Shown here piece by piece: positions 26,810 through 34,931 of a stretch of 50,599 bases of DNA. The DNA is from a virus. Lineage: Duplodnaviria; Caudoviricetes. A program made the position numbers and the translations under genes. The DNA lies in IMG/VR virus record IMGVR_UViG_3300033143_006358, positions 1-50,599 of that record, one strand, 5' to 3'. The stretch's first letter is position 1; each line of letters opens with the position of its first letter. Below the pieces are notes generated by a model. That model made no database searches. It saw only the letters and a list, made by a program, of their open reading frames with translations, and was not told where the DNA came from.

Positions 26810-28441
26810 CTAGGTTCCTACGACCGCCGTACCATACAGGTAGGTCTGTGATTTATTGGCTCCGCTGACCACCAGTGTTTCATCGTTGTCCCAGGTATGA
26901 CCGGCCCCGGCGCAGAAGACATAGTAGGTGGCGTCGTCCAGCCAGAATACGACCTGCCCCAGATTGTCCGTAGTCAGGAATCCGGCGTAGGCCGGCGAAC
27001 CGGACGAACTGAGACTTAACCAGCAGCGTGCGCCTTCGATGGCTACGCCGCCGGTCGTTTGGATAGTAAGCGTGCATTGATAGGCCCCGGCAACCGGCTG
27101 GCCGAGCGCTTCCAACGTATCGGTTATGCGGACGAAATCGCTGGTGTCACCGCCCGCCGTCATTAGGTTCGACAGTACCGAGCCGTCCACTACTTCCACC
27201 GTCATGTCGTCGCCGTCGGCGACCGCTGTCTTCATCAGGTGATCGAGATTGTTGGACACCATCACGTCCTGGGGCGTAGAGTTGAGAGTGCCCGAACTAG
27301 AGGAATAATTGCAGTTCATCACGTATAATGTTGCTGAATCATTCACATCAATATCGGTTTCTCCTCCACCGACACTATTACTATGTAATGTACAGTTAAT
27401 TAAGGCCGCTTTCGTATCCGCATCATTAAGCTGTACGCATATAGCGTTGCCTGTATGATTGGAAGTGCCGCTGCAAAATACCTGCACATTTTCTACGACG
27501 AAGTTCGCTGCACCCAACGCATCGCCGATCATTAGGCCGACCATATCTTCAGATGAAACATCGTTACGATAGTTGTATATAGTGCAGTTGCGAATGATGC
27601 CGTATCCATCGCTGCCTACTATTATCCCCCTACACTCATTACCCACTGCTGATGGGGAATCCATGTATATGGCACAATCTTCGATGATGATATTCTGTGC
27701 CCCTGATGCGTTAATACCATCAAATTCATGGGTAATCGTACAACGACTGATTCTACAATCTCGTGACCCGCGTGGATACATCCCGTCCGCGACGCCCAAG
27801 ACGATGCAATCTTCAACTACAACATTGCTGTGTCCCAAATAGCTGATCCCATGACCAAAGCCAGAACCGTCAGCCGTTAAATTCCTAATCGTGCAGCCGT
27901 CGCAGGGATTGATTGCATTGCCAGCCGCTGACTGAATAATTACGCCGCCCCTATCCGTTCCCTGAATCGTTACCGCCACTGCGGGCGATACCGTTTCTGC
28001 GTAGGTGCCCGGATAAATGATGATCGTGTCACCTGCGCTGGCGTTCGTTACGGCCTGTCCGATAGTGAGTACGGCGCTTTCAAAGCTATGACCTCCGTTG
28101 GAGTCATTGCCCGTCTTGGCTACGTGATGAACGTGGCTACTCTCCCCTCGGCGGGTAAAGACAGTGCCCGGTACGCCGAGGACCTGGATGTCGCCGGTGC
28201 TGCTGGCTGGGCATATCGTAATCATGTTCCCGTCGGTTTCCGCCGCCGTCAGGTCGAAATAGTAATAGCCGTCCTCCAATTCGGTCGGGTTCGTGTCATC
28301 GACCGCGTTCGCCGCTGCGCCGTCGATGCGGAGGTTGGCGGTGATATTGGCGGCGTCGCCCGCCTTGGGAACGTTGTCCGTCCGGTCGAAGGCGAATACG
28401 ACCCACTTTTGTCCCGTAGTTTTTTTTATCAGGTCTGCCAT
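26810..28441 (-). CDS. Tail spike/fibre-like protein with a right-handed beta-helix (pectin lyase-like)
   Basis: HVAKTGNDSNGG...TIGQAV...GDTIIIYPGTYAE, repeated IEDC/IRNC turns, C-terminal Ig-like TTDNLGQVVFWLD domain. Confidence 0.8.
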   Translation of the reverse strand: MADLIKKTTGQKWVVFAFDRTDNVPKAGDAANITANLRIDGAAANAVDDTNPTELEDGYYYFDLTAAETDGNMITICPASSTGDIQVLGVPGTVFTRRGESSHVHHVAKTGNDSNGGHSFESAVLTIGQAVTNASAGDTIIIYPGTYAETVSPAVAVTIQGTDRGGVIIQSAAGNAINPCDGCTIRNLTADGSGFGHGISYLGHSNVVVEDCIVLGVADGMYPRGSRDCRISRCTITHEFDGINASGAQNIIIEDCAIYMDSPSAVGNECRGIIVGSDGYGIIRNCTIYNYRNDVSSEDMVGLMIGDALGAANFVVENVQVFCSGTSNHTGNAICVQLNDADTKAALINCTLHSNSVGGGETDIDVNDSATLYVMNCNYSSSSGTLNSTPQDVMVSNNLDHLMKTAVADGDDMTVEVVDGSVLSNLMTAGGDTSDFVRITDTLEALGQPVAGAYQCTLTIQTTGGVAIEGARCWLSLSSSGSPAYAGFLTTDNLGQVVFWLDDATYYVFCAGAGHTWDNDETLVVSGANKSQTYLYGTAVVGT

Positions 28442-28929
28442 TATGCGGCCCTCTTGAGAAACATTTCATAATATAAGGTCGGCTTTATCGCCGAGGTCGT
28501 CGTAGAACTCGTAGTGCCGGTCGTTGTGCTGCTCGTCGTTCCCGTAGTCGTTGTAGAGGTCGTTGTCGTACTAGAGGTGGTTGTGGATGTGGTCGAAGAG
28601 GTCGTACTTGTTGTGCTGCTGGTGGTTGTCGTCGAAGTGGTCGTGGTACTACTCGTGGTCGTAGAAGTGGTGCTGGAAGTCGTTGTTGTGGAGGTTGTGG
28701 TGCTAGTAGAGGTTGTCGTAGTCGTCGTGGATGACGTGGTACTGGTTGTCGAAGAGGTTGTGGAGGTAGTTGTGCTCGTGGTTGTCGTCGTTGTCGTGGT
28801 TGTCGTGGTGGTGGATGTGGTTGTCGTAGTGGTAGTAGTGGTCGTGGTGACGGCGGGCGGCGCGGCCTGGATGGCGCCGATGTCCATGCCATCGGTTTGA
28901 ATCGAACCTATATCCATATACGTAGCCAT
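28441..28929 (-). CDS. Short mucin-like Thr/Ser-rich protein
   Basis: MDIGSIQ/MDIGAIQ head, about 120 T/S residues, short aromatic/basic tail; TAATG-coupled to the next gene. Confidence 0.85.
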   Translation of the reverse strand: MATYMDIGSIQTDGMDIGAIQAAPPAVTTTTTTTTTTTSTTTTTTTTTTTTSTTTSTTSSTTSTTSSTTTTTTSTSTTTSTTTTSSTTSTTTSSTTTTSTTTTSSTTSTTSSTTSTTTSSTTTTSTTTTGTTSSTTTGTTSSTTTSAIKPTLYYEMFLKRAA

Positions 28930-28938
28930 AGTTCTACC

Positions 28939-30042
28939 TTACACAGCCGGTGGATTCGTATTATCGTGGGCCGGATCCCATGAGTGCCAAAACGTCATAC
29001 AGAACGAGGCGTCCATACCCGCCCCTACCGAATCGCTGTCGGCATCCTTCGGTGAATAATCACGATGCAGATTAGTAACGTTCCCCGCGTCGGTGAACAA
29101 TGCTGCTTCCGCTTGCGCCGATGCCACATCACCTCGGTCGCCCACGCCATCGCCTGCGGATACGTCTGTGAAGCTGGCGGAGCAATCGTCGGTATTACTG
29201 CAAAATAGATTAAAGAAACCTGTAATATTTTCGTTTATATCCGAACTGGAATCCATCCCTACGCCACAATCATATAATATAGAGTTTAGAACATGAAAGG
29301 CATAGCCATTAGCTCCGTTGTTTATGATTCCAGTAACACCTGCTTCATTTTCTCCGTCGGCAATACAATTGATATATACATCGCGTTGATTGCCTCTAAA
29401 ATCAGCGTGGGCGGTTCCGTTATCGAAGGCGAGACAATTATAAATAACATCTGAACCTCCACAATAAAATCCTTGTTCCGAATTGCTATGAGCAACACAC
29501 CCTATGAACAGGGCCGAAGTGTTTACACTCACGCCACGTGCGCTATTATCAAACATACAGTTAAAAAAGATGCATAGATTATATGGCTGGCACGCATTAT
29601 CGGCGGCATTAGTAAACCGGCAATTGTAAAAATATAGATAATTTCCGACTGTCCCTTTGAATGAATCATTCGACGCTCCGGTAAAGACAAAGTTTTTGAA
29701 AAGAATATGTATTGACGATTGAGTTGAATACACACAGTAGGAAAATTGATCGCCGACCGGGTCCGCATTGATGGTAACAATCCCGCCGTCACCGGGAGTA
29801 GTGTGATACCCCTCAAAAACTATCGGCGTCTCGGAGGCCCCTACCTGGCCTGCGTCAATAAACATAACGCAATCGTTTGCGCCATCCTCTGTTTCGTAGT
29901 CGCCGGATGCCTTTACCCACACTTTTTCCCCGGCGGCTACCATATCAATAGCATGGGCTAGAGTCGCAAAGGCTAACTCTTCCGACAATCCACTATCACC
30001 GTCATCGCCGGTCGTTACATCAACATAATACGGACCTGCCAT
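28939..30042 (-). CDS. Right-handed beta-helix (pectin lyase-like) protein
   Basis: YYVDVTTGDDGDSGLS...AFATLAHA, and FYNC/FFNC/IYNC/YINC repeats. Confidence 0.8.
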   Translation of the reverse strand: MAGPYYVDVTTGDDGDSGLSEELAFATLAHAIDMVAAGEKVWVKASGDYETEDGANDCVMFIDAGQVGASETPIVFEGYHTTPGDGGIVTINADPVGDQFSYCVYSTQSSIHILFKNFVFTGASNDSFKGTVGNYLYFYNCRFTNAADNACQPYNLCIFFNCMFDNSARGVSVNTSALFIGCVAHSNSEQGFYCGGSDVIYNCLAFDNGTAHADFRGNQRDVYINCIADGENEAGVTGIINNGANGYAFHVLNSILYDCGVGMDSSSDINENITGFFNLFCSNTDDCSASFTDVSAGDGVGDRGDVASAQAEAALFTDAGNVTNLHRDYSPKDADSDSVGAGMDASFCMTFWHSWDPAHDNTNPPAV

Positions 30043-30431
30043 TATTCATTTTCCCTATCTACAGGCGTTTCTTTTGGCACATCAAAATATTCATATTCTC
30101 CATTTTCTATAAAACCATGTGTCTTGTGGACGTAGTTCTCCAACTCCAACGATTGGCCGTCTATGGTCACAGAGTCCGAATCTTTATATACATTTCTTTC
30201 CCTAATCGCCTGATTACACAGGGTACACGTACTGCCGGGCGGCGGTTCGCAATTCGATAAATTGCAGCGAATAAACGTGCGGGGCGTATCGTCGCCTGGA
30301 AATAGACGAACGCCTTTTTTTACACCGCCGTCGTCGATACAATCCGGCTGCCGAAAATTACAGGCTATGTACTCCGTGTCCATAACGCTTGGCGTAACCT
30401 GACCGCTAAAGTTTCTGCCGGTAGTCGTCAT
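30042..30431 (-). CDS. Hypothetical structural protein
   Basis: Coupled at both ends; FIRCNLSNCEPPPG. Confidence 0.7.
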   Translation of the reverse strand: MTTTGRNFSGQVTPSVMDTEYIACNFRQPDCIDDGGVKKGVRLFPGDDTPRTFIRCNLSNCEPPPGSTCTLCNQAIRERNVYKDSDSVTIDGQSLELENYVHKTHGFIENGEYEYFDVPKETPVDRENE

Positions 30432-30655
30432 GTTACGTCGTCCTCCCTTAACTTCTCCAGGTATGCCTCCAGGTCCAGTCCCAGCTTTAATACCTTACGT
30501 AAGAGGGGGTCGCGTTGGAGCCATTGCTTCTTCCATGCCAAAGGCATTTTCTTGAACAATTTAAGTCGCGGAGTCACTACGTCGCGCAATATATCAACCC
30601 CTTGCAAGAGTTGCTGGTATTGAGCAGAGGTTGTGTCTATGTTAATATCCGCCAT
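30428..30655 (-). CDS. Hypothetical protein
   Basis: 75 aa, ATGA-coupled to the next gene. Confidence 0.7.
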   Translation of the reverse strand: MADINIDTTSAQYQQLLQGVDILRDVVTPRLKLFKKMPLAWKKQWLQRDPLLRKVLKLGLDLEAYLEKLREDDVT

Positions 30656-30666
30656 ACTGTACGCCT

Positions 30667-30984
30667 TTATTTTAGCAAAATTTCATCCACTTTATCTTCG
30701 ATGCGACGCTGCGACGCTTTCACTTCATTGATATTCTCTTTTAATTCATCACAGGATTTATCCAGGCGCTTCATACACTCATTATGTTCCACCTGCTCGA
30801 CTTTGTCGTCGATCTGTCGCTGCAAGTATATATGTTCCGTATGCGCCTGCTTCGTTTGATATTCCACCGTGGCGCTCAGTCCGCTAAACGTCAAGACAAC
30901 GGACACGATCACAATCGCGCACGCCAGGAGAAATTTCGGTTCGCGCCAACCATTCCCGTTGCGTTTTTTAGTCACTTCCGGCAT
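30667..30984 (-). CDS. Single-TM coiled-coil protein, holin-like candidate
   Basis: FLLACAIVIVSVVLTFSGL TM segment followed by heptads ending RIEDKVDEIL. Confidence 0.6.
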   Translation of the reverse strand: MPEVTKKRNGNGWREPKFLLACAIVIVSVVLTFSGLSATVEYQTKQAHTEHIYLQRQIDDKVEQVEHNECMKRLDKSCDELKENINEVKASQRRIEDKVDEILLK

Positions 30985-30993
30985 AATAACCCC

Positions 30994-31383
30994 TTATCCC
31001 CCCAATACCTGTACCTTTCGCCGCCGTCGTTTTTCCGAGCGGACGTAAGACCGGTCCGTGAGCCGCCGAGCGTCGCGGTATTCGTTTGCGGCCAGAATGG
31101 AACCCATTTGTTTATTGTAGGAGCGAAACGAAAGGCGTCGGCGCAGTTCGTTTATTTCACCGCGAGACAAACGACGAAAATCGCCGCCCACGTTCAATAC
31201 GTCGAAGAACCGGTTATGATAATCGTTTTCCCACCGGGCGATCACCCAGTTGCCGGTCTCTAAGTGTAAATAGAGAAAGAGTCCCGGTGTTTCCGGGAAC
31301 TCCTTCTCCAACCAACGTCCGGTCTCCGTGTTACCGGAGACTTCCACAAAATGCCTGCGCGGATTGTATTTGCAGGGCAACAT
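30994..31383 (-). CDS. Hypothetical protein
   Basis: 129 aa with AGGAG SD. Confidence 0.7.
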   Translation of the reverse strand: MLPCKYNPRRHFVEVSGNTETGRWLEKEFPETPGLFLYLHLETGNWVIARWENDYHNRFFDVLNVGGDFRRLSRGEINELRRRLSFRSYNKQMGSILAANEYRDARRLTDRSYVRSEKRRRRKVQVLGG

Positions 31384-31401
31384 GATTGTACTCCTGTTCT
31401 A

Positions 31402-32331
31402 TTACGTGGCGGAGCCGGCAGCCGGCAGTAGGAATCCGCTCGTATCGACGGTGTCGCAACCGTAACATTCATAGGAGAAGCACGAGCCGGGATCGACCAG
31501 GGCCGCATCCGTATCGCCGGAGTAAACATTCCTCGCCAGCATCCCGGTACTTGCCCCGGTCAGTTCCAGGGCGAAATCGCCCGTCTGGTCGTTTTGCAGG
31601 TAACAGCCTTCGATAAGAATGTTGGTGTTTACCGCGTCGGACCAAATCGGAGCGTTGGCGAAGTCGCCGATGATCCGACAATTCCTGATAATGACCCGAT
31701 CCTGTGCGTCGTCAATTACAATGCCGCCTTCGGAACCGGCGGCTACGGCGGCGATCAGTAGGCAGTTCTCGATTGTGGTCTTGTCGGCCACATTCGCACT
31801 GGCCAGGGTGATGCCGTCAACCGCTTCGTAAGAGGTCACGTTCATAATCAACTCGCAGTTGCGAATCGTGCATCCGTCCGCATCGACGTCGATCATGGTG
31901 GTCACATCTACGGCGGCAATGGTAAACCTGAGATTGTCCAATATGCAGTTTGCCGCCGCCAGGTCCACGTCGGCCCCGGCTACGCCGGTGGCGCCGATGG
32001 TAATCAGGGGCCTTAGGTCCCCTTCTCCCATACCCTTGATGGTCACACCGGCCACATCGACATCAATACCGCTGGCCGCCGTGACGGACTCGGTATGGCC
32101 GGCGGCCACGTAGATCACATCGCCGTTACTGGCCGTACACTGGCCAATGGCGAAATCAATCGTGGCAAACGGCGTGTCCCAACTGGTGCCGTGAACATCG
32201 TCCGCCGTATCTACGGCCTGAGTGGCGCCGCTATCAACGAAAAACATACTGCCCGACGTGAGCATACCTGTTTCCTGTATCCCGTAACTATTGAGCACTT
32301 CCATAAGTTGTGCCGTTACATTATTAGCCAT
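31402..32331 (-). CDS. Beta-helix protein downstream of the capsid gene, possible head fibre/decoration
   Basis: FFVDS...GTSWDTPFATIDFAIGQCTASNGDVIYVAAGHTE, and IRNC/IENC/IEGC repeats. Confidence 0.8.
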   Translation of the reverse strand: MANNVTAQLMEVLNSYGIQETGMLTSGSMFFVDSGATQAVDTADDVHGTSWDTPFATIDFAIGQCTASNGDVIYVAAGHTESVTAASGIDVDVAGVTIKGMGEGDLRPLITIGATGVAGADVDLAAANCILDNLRFTIAAVDVTTMIDVDADGCTIRNCELIMNVTSYEAVDGITLASANVADKTTIENCLLIAAVAAGSEGGIVIDDAQDRVIIRNCRIIGDFANAPIWSDAVNTNILIEGCYLQNDQTGDFALELTGASTGMLARNVYSGDTDAALVDPGSCFSYECYGCDTVDTSGFLLPAAGSAT

Positions 32332-32351
32332 AATTTAACTCCTTATTTTGT

Positions 32352-32388
32352 CTCGTGCTACGTAGCGAAGCTACTTCGCAGAGTAGTA
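32352..32388. repeat. REP/MITE-like palindromic element, copy 1
   Basis: ctcgtgctacgtagcgaagctacttcgcagagtagta. Confidence 0.7.
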
Positions 32389-32422
32389 AAAGACTTGCGC
32401 CGGTTATGGTCCGGCGCAAGTC
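32388..32422 (-). terminator. Rho-independent terminator after the major capsid gene
   Basis: GACTTGCGCC/GGCGCAAGTC perfect 10-bp stem followed by TTTT. Confidence 0.8.
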
Positions 32423-32424
32423 GT

Positions 32425-33990
32425 TTAATTGGATTCCGTAATACCGGCTATTTTAATGCCTCTGACATCAATCGGAGCCATTTGCGAAAACTGTTGGAAC
32501 GGGGCTTCGAGCATCGGAATCACCCTTGACGTGGTGGCGGCGCGCGCCATATCGAATATGCCGCCGCCTTTCATTGCCATAATGAACTCGAACTCGCCGT
32601 CGAGATCGAAGTTCCCGCCCGAACCCGGCGCCGAAATTCCGCCTACGCTCATGGAACGCGGCGGCACGTACCGACGCAAATTGCCTTCCTTGGTCTTTAG
32701 ACCGTACAGCGTACCGGACGCACAAAACGGACTGATGAGAAGGTCGAACGATTTACCGTCCCACTCGAACCCAATCTTATTGAACCCGCCCTGCACGTTT
32801 AGCGCCTTGCCGGTCCGGTCCCAGTTCAGCCGGGACGCGCCCAGAGACGCCTGTGCCAGGTACTTATTGATCACCTTCTGCGTGGTAATCAGGGTGTCGA
32901 TCTTATTGCCGTAGGCTTCGACATATTGACCAATTTTCTCAATGAAAACCGTATCGGTCAGCGGTCCGGCAAGGTTGGAGGTTACAAAGCTCTTGAACTG
33001 GGGATAATTCGCCAGGGAAAAAGCCGCCGTGGGGTCGTTTTCGTTACGATTCCATGCGGTCGCATCGCCCCCGAACAGGGTTCCGGAGTCAAGAATCCAG
33101 TCCTCGACGCCGTAATGCCCGAACTTATAGACCGTACCGCCGCCGGCGGCGGTCGAATTCGAGTCCTGCAAGAAGACGTACTGGTCCGCTTCTCCGATAT
33201 AATTACCGTCCAGGCCGCCGCCGTTATAAATATCCACTCCGGCCACGGAGGTAATGGTAACGGTGCCGGCCACCTGGTCCACCTTGTCCACGATCATCTG
33301 CGTTCGGGCCGAACTCACCATATTGATTAGCGTCGTCCCGGCGGCGTTGTTGTAAATATCGACGCTCATTCCCTCTTTCCACCAGCGGATACGACTGGAC
33401 TGCGGCGTGAAGGTGACGTGGACTTCCGTGGTCCCGTCCCGCGCCATGCCCCAGTCCAGGTTCGCGTCGTCCGTGTCGATATAACCCAGATACTTGTAGC
33501 CGCTGTTGCCGTTCAGGTAAAAACTGACCGCCTCCAGGTGCGCCAGATATTCGCCCACCGTCTTCATATCGTCGGCGATGTCGGAATAGGCACAGGAGTT
33601 CAGGGATTGAGGTTTCAGTAGATAGGTGGGGATGCCGAAGTTTCCGTGATGGCACGCCAGGGGGAACGACCTCATAATGGTTCCCATATGAGGCGTCTGG
33701 GCCGGATCGGGGAAACTCTGTAAAGCGCTATACACCATCGTCTGGTTGGTTTCCGTCAGGGGCGTTCCGCCATGAATGGAAACCGGGTTTACCAATCCGG
33801 CCACCGAGGTTCTAAACCGGTGATTCACCTTCCAGCTTCTGCCGATCTTATCGGTCTCCACGTTCTGAGAGGTGCGGATCGTCTTGGTATAAATAGGGTC
33901 TATTTCCGGCAAAGACTCCATCGCTATCGTGGGAAGTTCTTCCCGGATCATGGGATCGAGAGTTGCCATTAACGTAGTTGCTACCGCCAT
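32425..33990 (-). CDS. Major capsid protein
   Basis: 521 aa after portal and scaffold, strong TAGGAG SD at ATG 33990, followed by a terminator, with a GIKIAGITES C-terminus. Confidence 0.78.
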   Translation of the reverse strand: MAVATTLMATLDPMIREELPTIAMESLPEIDPIYTKTIRTSQNVETDKIGRSWKVNHRFRTSVAGLVNPVSIHGGTPLTETNQTMVYSALQSFPDPAQTPHMGTIMRSFPLACHHGNFGIPTYLLKPQSLNSCAYSDIADDMKTVGEYLAHLEAVSFYLNGNSGYKYLGYIDTDDANLDWGMARDGTTEVHVTFTPQSSRIRWWKEGMSVDIYNNAAGTTLINMVSSARTQMIVDKVDQVAGTVTITSVAGVDIYNGGGLDGNYIGEADQYVFLQDSNSTAAGGGTVYKFGHYGVEDWILDSGTLFGGDATAWNRNENDPTAAFSLANYPQFKSFVTSNLAGPLTDTVFIEKIGQYVEAYGNKIDTLITTQKVINKYLAQASLGASRLNWDRTGKALNVQGGFNKIGFEWDGKSFDLLISPFCASGTLYGLKTKEGNLRRYVPPRSMSVGGISAPGSGGNFDLDGEFEFIMAMKGGGIFDMARAATTSRVIPMLEAPFQQFSQMAPIDVRGIKIAGITESN

Positions 33991-34092
33991 AATAATTCTC
34001 CTAAAAACAAGGTTCATGTGTACGCGCACAGAGTCCGTACTCTATGTCGCAAAGTGGAACAACCAACCTTGTTGCTTAGGCGCTGGGCAGCT

Positions 34093-34920
34093 TTACCGGA
34101 TGCCTTTGGCTAATTTGTGCAAAACTCTAGTGGCAAAGTTACTGCCGTAGTTCGGATCGGTGCCGGCAACTCGTTTCGGAGGCGTATCGCTCAGTGACGT
34201 GACTTCCAGGCCGTCCGGCGTCGGGCCAAATCCCGGTATCGGGGCATTGACCTTCCTGAACAGGTTCCCGAATTTCTCCAACTGGGTCACGGCGGACGCC
34301 ATGACGCGGTTTACCAATTCGGGCCTGAGCTTTTCACCCTGGTTCATACTGACGATTACCTCGTTCCTTACTTGTCGCATTACTTCTTCTCGAATCTGGT
34401 TCTTCTGACCCGGTTCGAGTTCTTTCGTTAGCGTACCTAGTGTTTCGTTTTTGTCAAGTGCGGATTCGGCCCAATCGGTAAAATTCCGGTTGGCTTCGTC
34501 CGCCGCCCGCTGCGCCTCCATGCGGTCCACGGTTTTAATGGTTTTTTCCACGCGGTCCGGCAACTTGTTATCGCCGGAAGGCGGTGCCTGGGCCGCCGCG
34601 GGCGGCTGTTGGTTCTGTAAATCGTTTACGTCCATGCCGAATAACTCCGCCCAGCGGCTTTGTTCGGCCTCGGAAGCCGTATCGTCGCTGAGTTTCTGGT
34701 ATAATTGCTGAATTTCCAGTCCGAGAGACGCCTGCTTACGCAGATCGGAGGCCTCTCGGAACCGCTCGTCGGCGCCCTGCGCCTTCTCATACGCCTTGAT
34801 CGCCTCTTCTCGGCTTACCTGTCTTTCTTGTCCATCTACCTTGACGGTAAATGTTTCCGGCGCGGCGGCGCCCGGTTCCGGTGTGGTTTGTGGGGCTTGA
34901 TTCGTTGGTTCTTCCGGCAT
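34093..34920 (-). CDS. Capsid scaffolding protein
   Basis: TFTVKVDGQERQVSREEAIKAYEK...ADERFREA motif, helical, between portal and capsid. Confidence 0.82.
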   Translation of the reverse strand: MPEEPTNQAPQTTPEPGAAAPETFTVKVDGQERQVSREEAIKAYEKAQGADERFREASDLRKQASLGLEIQQLYQKLSDDTASEAEQSRWAELFGMDVNDLQNQQPPAAAQAPPSGDNKLPDRVEKTIKTVDRMEAQRAADEANRNFTDWAESALDKNETLGTLTKELEPGQKNQIREEVMRQVRNEVIVSMNQGEKLRPELVNRVMASAVTQLEKFGNLFRKVNAPIPGFGPTPDGLEVTSLSDTPPKRVAGTDPNYGSNFATRVLHKLAKGIR

Positions 34921-34931
34921 AATTTACTCCT

